Positions 9,157 to 16,191 of a stretch of 64,000 bases of DNA are shown piece after piece (within the stretch, counting starts at the first letter, position 1; each line of letters opens with the position of its first letter). Source of the DNA: an uncultured Clostridia bacterium (GTDB lineage: Bacteria; Bacillota; Clostridia; Oscillospirales; Acutalibacteraceae); the NCBI GenBank assembly GCA_947369085.1, contig CANBJR010000001.1:28978-92977 (forward strand). The letters are read 5' to 3'. The notes beneath the pieces are model-generated. The model was not told where the DNA came from. It worked only from the letters and a program-made list of their open reading frames with translations, and made no database searches. Made by a program: the position numbers and the translations under genes.

Positions 9157-11385
9157 ATGAGAAACGAATGGAGAGAATTTAAAGGCGGCGCTTGGGAGAA
9201 TGAAATCAATGTCAGAGATTTTATTCACAGAAACTACACTCCCTATTTTGGCGGCAGTGAATTTCTTGAAGGCCCCACACAGGCAACACTTGACCTTTGG
9301 AAACAGGTAAGCGAGCTTAAAAAGCAGGAAATTGAAGCAGGCGGCGTGCTTGATATGGATACAAAGGTTGTTTCAACAATTCTTTCACACGGTGCTGCAT
9401 ATATAGATAAAGACAAGGAGCAGATTGTCGGATTGCAGACAGACAAGCCGTTAAAGCGCTCTCTCCAGCCCTACGGTGGAATCAGAATGGCTACTAAGGC
9501 TTGCAGAGATAACGGCTACGAGGTTGATCCCGAGATTACAGAGTTTTTTACAACTCACAGAAAAACTCACAACGCAGGTGTGTTTGATGCATATACTCCC
9601 GAAATGAGAAAATGCCGTACAAACCACATTATCACAGGACTTCCTGACGCTTACGGACGAGGCAGAATTATCGGCGATTACCGCCGTGTAGCGCTTTACG
9701 GCGTTGACCGCCTTATTGAGGACAAGCAGCATCAGAAGGATACAACAAGAATTATTATGTATTCTGATGTTATCCGTGAGCGTGAGGAGCTTTCAGAGCA
9801 AATCAGATCGCTTCAGATGCTCAAGCAGATGGCTAACATTTACGGCTGTGACATTTCAAAGCCCGCAACAAACTTTAAAGAGGCTGTACAGGCTGTGTAC
9901 TTTGCATACCTTGCTGCGGTTAAGGAGCAGAACGGTGCGGCTATGAGCCTTGGCAGAACTTCAACTTTCCTTGATGTTTACGCTTATCGTGACCTTGCCG
10001 AGGGCACAATCACCGAAAAAGAGGTTCAGGAAATTGTTGATCACTTTATTATGAAGCTGAGAATGGTATGCTTTGCACGTACTCCCGAATACAATCAGAT
10101 TTTCGCAGGCGACCCCACATGGGTTACCGAGTCAATCGGCGGAATCGGAACTGACGGACGTCCGCTTGTTACAAAGATGTCGTTCCGTTACCTCAATACA
10201 CTCAACAACATTGGTGCCGCTCCCGAACCAAACCTTACAGTTTTATGGTCAACTCAGCTTCCCGAAAACTTTAAGAGTTTCTGTGCAGATATGTCAATTA
10301 AATATCATGCTATTCAGTATGAAAACGACGATCTTATGCGTCCGCTTCACGGCGACGATTACGGTATTGCGTGCTGTGTTTCTTCAATGAAAATCGGCAA
10401 GGAAATGCAGTTCTTCGGCGCAAGAGCTAACCTTGCAAAGTGCCTGCTTTACGCAATCAACGGCGGTGTTGACGAGGTTACGGGCGATCAGGTTGGTCCT
10501 AAGTACCGTCCTGTTGAAGGAGATTACCTTGACTATAACGATGTAATGGACAAGTACAAGGCTATGATGAAATGGCTTGCACAGGTTTATGTAAATGCGC
10601 TCAACATCATTCACTATATGCACGACAAATACTCCTACGAGCGTTTGCAGATGGCTTTGCATGACAAGCACGTTACACGCTGGTTTGCAACAGGTATTGC
10701 AGGCTTCTCGGTTGTTGCCGACTCTCTTTCTGCAATTAAGTATGCAAAGGTTAAGGTTGTAAGAAACGAAAAGGGAATTGTTACCGACTACATCACCGAG
10801 GGCGATTTCCCGAAATACGGCAACGACGACGACAGAGTTGACGACATTGCCAAAGAGGTACTCCATACGTTTATCAGTTACCTCAGGCAGAATCACACCT
10901 ACCGCGGCGGTATTCCCACAACCTCAATCCTTACAATTACGTCTAACGTTTCCTACGGCAAGAACACAGGCTCAACTCCGGACGGCAGAAAGTACGGCGA
11001 GCCGTTTGCTCCAGGTGCAAACCCGATGCACGGCAGAGATTCCAACGGTGCAGTTGCTTCTCTTGCTTCCGTTGCAAAGCTTCCGTTTATGGATTCGCAG
11101 GACGGTATTTCAAATACATTTACCATTGTTCCGTCTGCACTTGGCAAAACCGATGAGCAGAGAAATCATAACCTTGTTGCATTGCTTGACGGTTATATGC
11201 TCAAGGGAGGCTATCACCTCAACGTAAATGTGTTTGACAGAGAACTTCTTCTTGACGCCCAGAAGCACCCTGAGCTTTATCCTCAGCTTACAATCCGTGT
11301 TTCAGGCTACGCTGTAAACTTTATCAAGCTTACTAAGGAACAGCAGGACGAGGTTATTTCAAGAACATTCCATTCATCAATATAA
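9157..11385 (+). CDS. pflB: Pyruvate formate-lyase (formate C-acetyltransferase)
   Basis: IACCVS catalytic Cys pair, [10 protein letters not shown] glycyl-radical motif, [17 protein letters not shown]. Confidence 0.98.
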   Translation: MRNEWREFKGGAWENEINVRDFIHRNYTPYFGGSEFLEGPTQATLDLWKQVSELKKQEIEAGGVLDMDTKVVSTILSHGAAYIDKDKEQIVGLQTDKPLKRSLQPYGGIRMATKACRDNGYEVDPEITEFFTTHRKTHNAGVFDAYTPEMRKCRTNHIITGLPDAYGRGRIIGDYRRVALYGVDRLIEDKQHQKDTTRIIMYSDVIREREELSEQIRSLQMLKQMANIYGCDISKPATNFKEAVQAVYFAYLAAVKEQNGAAMSLGRTSTFLDVYAYRDLAEGTITEKEVQEIVDHFIMKLRMVCFARTPEYNQIFAGDPTWVTESIGGIGTDGRPLVTKMSFRYLNTLNNIGAAPEPNLTVLWSTQLPENFKSFCADMSIKYHAIQYENDDLMRPLHGDDYGIACCVSSMKIGKEMQFFGARANLAKCLLYAINGGVDEVTGDQVGPKYRPVEGDYLDYNDVMDKYKAMMKWLAQVYVNALNIIHYMHDKYSYERLQMALHDKHVTRWFATGIAGFSVVADSLSAIKYAKVKVVRNEKGIVTDYITEGDFPKYGNDDDRVDDIAKEVLHTFISYLRQNHTYRGGIPTTSILTITSNVSYGKNTGSTPDGRKYGEPFAPGANPMHGRDSNGAVASLASVAKLPFMDSQDGISNTFTIVPSALGKTDEQRNHNLVALLDGYMLKGGYHLNVNVFDRELLLDAQKHPELYPQLTIRVSGYAVNFIKLTKEQQDEVISRTFHSSI

Positions 11386-11429
11386 AATAACAGCAGGGCG
11401 GATATTTAATTTATCCGCCCGATTGAATA

Positions 11430-11607
11430 TAAGGAAACACTGAATAAATCACACGTATAAGTTGTTTGCGCATCTTGCTTGCATATTTTCCGCCGACTTG
11501 CCCAAAAAATCCTCGTAATGCGTCAGCATTACTGCGGTTTATTGGCTCCACCTGACGAAAAATCTGACGGCGAAATATGCACAAACGATTTAATCAGTGT
11601 TTCCTTA
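11430..11607. repeat. 178-bp palindromic MITE/REP-like element, copy A
   Basis: 14-bp perfect terminal inverted repeats TAAGGAAACACTGA/TCAGTGTTTCCTTA, nested internal stems, core shared with 63248-63406. Confidence 0.75.
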
Positions 11608-11645
11608 ATACTGAATTTCTGAGGGAATTAGTATGAGGTGAAACT

Positions 11646-12377
11646 ATGACAGGCAAAATTCATTCCTTTGAATCTTTCGGCACGGTTGACGGCCCAGGCA
11701 TACGTTTTGTTGTTTTCTTTCAGGGCTGTCCTATGCGCTGCCTTTACTGCCACAATCCCGACACATGGACGGTGAACGCAGGAACAGAATATAAAGCCGA
11801 GCAGATTATCGAAAAAATTGAACGCAACAAGCCATTTTATACTACCGGAGGACTTACCGCAACAGGCGGAGAGCCTATGCTTCAGCTTGACTTTCTGATT
11901 GAGCTTTTTACTCTTGCAAAGAACAGAGAAATAAACACCTGCCTTGATACGTCAGGAGTAATGTTCGACAGAAACAACAGCGAGCGTATGGAGAAAATTG
12001 ACAGGCTTTTAAAGGTGTGTGACCTTGTTATGCTTGATATTAAGCATATTGATGATGACGAGCACAAAAAGCTGACAGCTCATTCTAATAAAAATATTCT
12101 CGACTTCGCACGTTTTCTTGACGAAAAAAATGTGCCTATGCGTATCCGCCACGTTATTGTTCCAAACATTACGGACAAGCGGGAGGAGCTTTTTAAACTC
12201 GGTCAGTTTTTAAAGCCGTTTAATAATATTGAAAAAATTGAAACCTTGCCGTATCATACGCTTGGCAAGGTAAAATACGATAATCTCGGGCTTGATTATC
12301 CGCTCGGCGATACGCCTCAGCTTACTGAAAGCGACGCTGAAAAAGCGCTTGAAGTTATCAGGGAGGGGATGCAGTGA
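11646..12377 (+). CDS. pflA: Pyruvate formate-lyase activating enzyme (radical SAM)
   Basis: GTVDGPGIRFVVFFQGCPMRCLYCHNPDTW; downstream of pflB. Confidence 0.97.
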   Translation: MTGKIHSFESFGTVDGPGIRFVVFFQGCPMRCLYCHNPDTWTVNAGTEYKAEQIIEKIERNKPFYTTGGLTATGGEPMLQLDFLIELFTLAKNREINTCLDTSGVMFDRNNSERMEKIDRLLKVCDLVMLDIKHIDDDEHKKLTAHSNKNILDFARFLDEKNVPMRIRHVIVPNITDKREELFKLGQFLKPFNNIEKIETLPYHTLGKVKYDNLGLDYPLGDTPQLTESDAEKALEVIREGMQ

Positions 12378-12862
12378 ACACACCGCAAAGCATGGTGCAT
12401 CCGTTTCCTCCTCTGTTTGATAAAAATTCAAGTGTTCTTATACTTGGCAGTTTTCCATCGGTTAAGTCAAGAGAGCAGAATTTCTTTTACGGTCATCCGC
12501 AAAACCGATTTTGGAAACTTATTGCATTGCTGTTCGACGAGGAAATTCCTCAGAGCATTGACGAGAAAAAACGGCTTATTTTAAAGCACAACCTTGCGCT
12601 TTGGGATGTTATTCATTCCTGCACGGTAACAGGCTCAAGCGACAGCTCAATAAAGGACGTTGTTGCAAATGATTTGTCGGAAATTCTAAAAAATAGCAAG
12701 GTCAATAGAATTTTTGCAAACGGAGCGTTGTCGCATAAAATGTATATGAAGTACATCTTTCCTAAGACAGGTATAGAGGCAGTAAAGCTTCCGTCAACCA
12801 GTCCTGCAAATGCGGCATTTTCACTTAGTAGGCTTGCAGAAAGCTGGAAGATAGTAAAATAA
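12374..12862 (+). CDS. DNA-deoxyinosine glycosylase (uracil-DNA glycosylase superfamily)
   Basis: LILGSFPSVKSR, FFYGHPQNRFW, LPSTSPANA; GTG start overlaps the pflA stop. Confidence 0.88.
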   Translation: MNTPQSMVHPFPPLFDKNSSVLILGSFPSVKSREQNFFYGHPQNRFWKLIALLFDEEIPQSIDEKKRLILKHNLALWDVIHSCTVTGSSDSSIKDVVANDLSEILKNSKVNRIFANGALSHKMYMKYIFPKTGIEAVKLPSTSPANAAFSLSRLAESWKIVK

Positions 12863-12903
12863 CCCCTGCTTTGTTCCCACTAAGGTTAGCTGAATTTCTG
12901 TTA

Positions 12904-12929
12904 GGAACGACACAGGGGTCGTTCCCTAC
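12904..12929 (-). repeat. GTAG-type REP-like palindrome
   Basis: Minus strand reads GTAG-GGAACGAC-CCCTGT-GTCGTTCC. Confidence 0.6.
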
Positions 12930-12946
12930 ATTGTATATTATCTATA

Positions 12947-12984
12947 AAAAACGCTGTAGCAAAATTTAGTGCTACAGCGTTTTT
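12947..12984. repeat. 38-bp palindromic direct repeat, copy 1 (terminator-like)
   Basis: AAAAACGCTGTAGC-AAAATTTAGT-GCTACAGCGTTTTT, identical to 13603-13640. Confidence 0.92.
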
Positions 12985-12985
12985 G

Positions 12986-13174
12986 TTATTCCTTGTTTTC
13001 AATTTTTACCTCAATTTCGCCCTCTGCATTTTCAAATTCTTTAATGCATTGACGTATAAGATAAATAATTTGACCGTTAGCAGAACGTCCTTCATATTTT
13101 GCAATATACTTAAGTTTATAGTGCAGTTCAGGCTCGACTTCAATACCTAAATGCTTATTATTTTTATTTCTCAT
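12986..13174 (-). CDS. Arc/ribbon-helix-helix DNA-binding protein
   Basis: 62 aa; HLGIEVEPELHYKLKYIAKYEGRSANGQIIYLIRQCI beta-alpha-alpha pattern; GGAG RBS. Confidence 0.78.
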   Translation of the reverse strand: MRNKNNKHLGIEVEPELHYKLKYIAKYEGRSANGQIIYLIRQCIKEFENAEGEIEVKIENKE

Positions 13175-13279
13175 ATTTTACTCCAAAAAATCTTAATTTA
13201 AGTCTATTTTAAGATTATTATGTGTTATAATGTTGCAAGTATACTTAAATTAAGTATACCAAATTATCGGAGGTGTAAT

Positions 13280-13615
13280 ATGAGAGTTGCAGTAATAGGT
13301 TCAAGAAGTCTTAAAATCGAAAACATAGGGGATTATCTTCCTGAAAATACGACAGAAATAGTGTCGGGAGGTGCAAAGGGAGTTGACTGCTGTGCAAGAA
13401 ATTATGCCATAAAAAATAATCTGAAATATACAGAGTTTTTACCGCACTATAGTGAATATGGTAGGGTAGCTCCGCTGAAAAGAAATATAGAAATTATTTG
13501 TTATTCTGATATGATACTTGCTTTTTGGGATGGAAAATCAAGAGGAACAAAATTTGTTATTGAAAACTGCAAAAAATATTGTAAGCCTTTTAAGGTTGTA
13601 ATAAAAACGCTGTAG
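13280..13615 (+). CDS. Stand-alone SLOG-superfamily protein (DUF2493/YspA-like)
   Basis: GGAGG RBS; MRVAVIGSR, IVSGGAKGVD, PLKRN..I, AFWDGKSRGT motifs. Confidence 0.82.
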   Translation: MRVAVIGSRSLKIENIGDYLPENTTEIVSGGAKGVDCCARNYAIKNNLKYTEFLPHYSEYGRVAPLKRNIEIICYSDMILAFWDGKSRGTKFVIENCKKYCKPFKVVIKTL

Positions 13616-13640
13616 CAAAATTTAGTGCTACAGCGTTTTT
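13603..13640. repeat. 38-bp palindromic direct repeat, copy 2
   Basis: Identical to 12947-12984; contains the TAG stops of both the SLOG gene and ribF. Confidence 0.92.
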
Positions 13641-14557
13641 TCTGTTTGTTCATATATTTTCAGTGCCGTTTTGCTGTTGTCTATAATTGCGTTTTTCAGC
13701 TCGTCAATTCCCGAAAATTTTCTTTCCGAACGGATAAATTCAAGCAGTCTTATGTCTGCGCTCTGTCCGTAAATTTCGCCGCCCTTGTACTGCGGCATCC
13801 ACGTTTCGCAAAGAGGAGTGCTTCCGCCGACTGTCGGTTTGATTCCGATGTTTGTAACTCCGCAGTAGGTATCACCGCCTTCAAGAGTAACAATTGACGC
13901 ATATACTCCGAATTTCGGTACAACAAGCTCACTGCAAAGCGGTTGGTTGATTGTCGGTGTGCCAAGCTCTCTGCCAAGTCGTTTGCCGTGCTCAATAACC
14001 GAAGAAAATCCGAATCGACTGCACAAAAGCTCGTTTGCTTTTTTTACGTTTCCGCCTGCAATCAGCTTTCTGATAAGAGTTGACGACACGACCTCACCCT
14101 CGTTTTCCTGTGCAGGAACTACGGTAAGCTCAATACCATTGCTTTCGCAATAGTTTTTCAGCGTTTCGGCATTTCCCTCTCCGTTTTTGCCGTATCGGTA
14201 GTTAAAGCCGCAAAACAGCTTTTTGGCTTTAAGTGTATCAATCAAAATTTTCTGTACAAAGTCATGTGCAGTCATATTCATAATTTTTTTAAAATCAGCC
14301 TGATAGGTTTGTTCAATTCCGAGCTTTTCAAGCGTTTTTATTTTGTCATCATTTGTCATAAGCGCATTGGTGCTTGTACCGTTCAAAATACTTTTGGGGC
14401 TTTTTGAAAAGGTAAAACAGACGGGAGTAAGTCCGTTTTTCTTTTCGGCGGCAGCAAGCGAAATCACGTTTCTGTGTCCCTTGTGCAGTCCGTCAAAAAA
14501 TCCCAGTGCAATTGCAGTATTTGATTTTTCGGGTAATAATTCAAAGAAATTCTGCAT
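13628..14557 (-). CDS. ribF: Bifunctional riboflavin kinase/FAD synthetase
   Basis: ALGFFDGLHKGH, GFNYRYG, VSSTLIR, GRELGTPTIN, NIGIKPT. Confidence 0.95.
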   Translation of the reverse strand: MQNFFELLPEKSNTAIALGFFDGLHKGHRNVISLAAAEKKNGLTPVCFTFSKSPKSILNGTSTNALMTNDDKIKTLEKLGIEQTYQADFKKIMNMTAHDFVQKILIDTLKAKKLFCGFNYRYGKNGEGNAETLKNYCESNGIELTVVPAQENEGEVVSSTLIRKLIAGGNVKKANELLCSRFGFSSVIEHGKRLGRELGTPTINQPLCSELVVPKFGVYASIVTLEGGDTYCGVTNIGIKPTVGGSTPLCETWMPQYKGGEIYGQSADIRLLEFIRSERKFSGIDELKNAIIDNSKTALKIYEQTEKTL

Positions 14558-14588
14558 AAATATTTTTATACCTCAATACAATTGAAAA

Positions 14589-15134
14589 TTATATTTTACC
14601 GCTTTTAATCAGCATTGCAGTTTTTAAAACCGCTACCTGTGTTTTCGCATCGGGAATCTGATTATTGAGCACCATTTCAACAGCCTTGTCAAGCGGTATT
14701 TTTTCAACATTCAAAAATTCACCGTCGTCGGGATTTGCACTTCCCTGTGATTTAACTTTGCAGGCGTAAAGATGGATAATTTCTGATGTGTAACCCGGAG
14801 ATGGATAGAGCTGACCGAGAGAAATGTACGAATATCCCTCTGCACCTGTTTCCTCCATAAGCTCACGCTTTCCGTTTTCAAGCGGTGTTGAGCCTTTTTC
14901 AAGCTTACCGGCAGGCAGTTCAAGCACAACCTCTTTGTACGGATAGCGAAACTGTCGTACAAAAAGCAGGTTGTTGTCCTCGTCAAGTGCCGCAACGGTT
15001 ACTCCGCCGGGGTGGTTGACAACCTCGCGCTTTGACTTCTTGCCGTTCGGCAGTTCAATTTCGTCAAGTGTTATATGAAGTATTCTGCCGTCAAAAACAC
15101 TTTTGCTCGTCAGAGTTTTTTCAGTAAGTTCCAT
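14589..15134 (-). CDS. nudF: NUDIX hydrolase, ADP-ribose pyrophosphatase
   Basis: REVVNHPGGV, RQFRYP, ELPAGKLE..RELMEETG Nudix box; GGAGG RBS. Confidence 0.88.
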   Translation of the reverse strand: MELTEKTLTSKSVFDGRILHITLDEIELPNGKKSKREVVNHPGGVTVAALDEDNNLLFVRQFRYPYKEVVLELPAGKLEKGSTPLENGKRELMEETGAEGYSYISLGQLYPSPGYTSEIIHLYACKVKSQGSANPDDGEFLNVEKIPLDKAVEMVLNNQIPDAKTQVAVLKTAMLIKSGKI

Positions 15135-15170
15135 AACAACCTCCAAAAATTAAAAGGAAAGGATTTATAT

Positions 15171-16064
15171 ATGATTAACTACAATGTTTTGCCCGACTAC
15201 CGGACAAGAAAAGAAATTATAGGAAAAATTTGCGAGAAATACAGTTTTGTAAAGCAGTTTTTCATTGGAAAAAGCGTGTGCGGAAGGTGCATAAACGTGT
15301 TACATATCGGCAACACAAAGCACCGTGTGCTTTACTGCGGCGGCTTTCACGGCTCAGAATACCTCACAGTGCTGGCACTTCTGAAATTCCTTGAGGAGTG
15401 TTGTCACTCAATGCAAAGTGACAAGAAAGTTGGCGGGTACAACCTAGGCGATTTTCTTAAAATAAGGGGGCTTACAATAATTCCCTGCGTTAATCCCGAC
15501 GGTGTTGAAATTGCTCTGCACGGAAGTGAAGCTGCCTTGAAATACAAGCCCCTTGTCGACGATGTTGCCGAGAATACTCACAAATGGCAGGCTAACGCAA
15601 GGGGAGTTGACATAAATCACAATTTCAACGCAGGATGGTGCGAGCTTAAAAAACGTGAAATCAGCCGCAATATTAAAAGCCCTGCGCCGACACGATTTGG
15701 AGGCAACTGCCCCGAAAGCGAACCTGAAACAAGGGCGCTTACCAGATTTTGCAGAAATTATGATTTTGAACGTGCGCTTGCTCTTCATAGTCAGGGAAGG
15801 GAAATTTACTGCTCGTTCGGAAAGCATACACCTGTTTTAAGTTTTCGGCTTGCGTCTGTGTTTTCACAGGCAAGCGGATATAACATAGCCTTCCCCGAAG
15901 ATATTGCAACGGGAGGTGGATTTAAAGACTGGTTTATTGAATGCTTTCGCCGTCCTGCGCTGACTGTTGAAATGGGTATGGGTGAAAATCCCCTGCCGCT
16001 TGTTGACTTTGAAAGCGAGTATCAAATTCTCAGAAAGATTCTAAGCCTTGGTGTTGTGGTATAA
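15171..16064 (+). CDS. M14 zinc peptidase (gamma-D-glutamyl-meso-diaminopimelate peptidase-like)
   Basis: FHGSE, PCVNPDG, WQANARGVDINHNF, SEPET, LHSQG, GGFKDWF. Confidence 0.88.
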   Translation: MINYNVLPDYRTRKEIIGKICEKYSFVKQFFIGKSVCGRCINVLHIGNTKHRVLYCGGFHGSEYLTVLALLKFLEECCHSMQSDKKVGGYNLGDFLKIRGLTIIPCVNPDGVEIALHGSEAALKYKPLVDDVAENTHKWQANARGVDINHNFNAGWCELKKREISRNIKSPAPTRFGGNCPESEPETRALTRFCRNYDFERALALHSQGREIYCSFGKHTPVLSFRLASVFSQASGYNIAFPEDIATGGGFKDWFIECFRRPALTVEMGMGENPLPLVDFESEYQILRKILSLGVVV

Positions 16065-16085
16065 ATCAGCGTTGAGATAATTTAA

Positions 16086-16116
16086 ACAAAGGGTAACCGT
16101 TGGTTACCCTTTTGTT
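16086..16116. terminator. Intrinsic terminator
   Basis: AACAAAGGGTAACC-GTT-GGTTACCCTTTGTT. Confidence 0.8.
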
Positions 16117-16191
16117 GTTAAGAAATTATTTTGCGTTACATTCGGTCATCAAATATTTATGCAAATAAAATTTTAGCCTGAAATGCATTTT

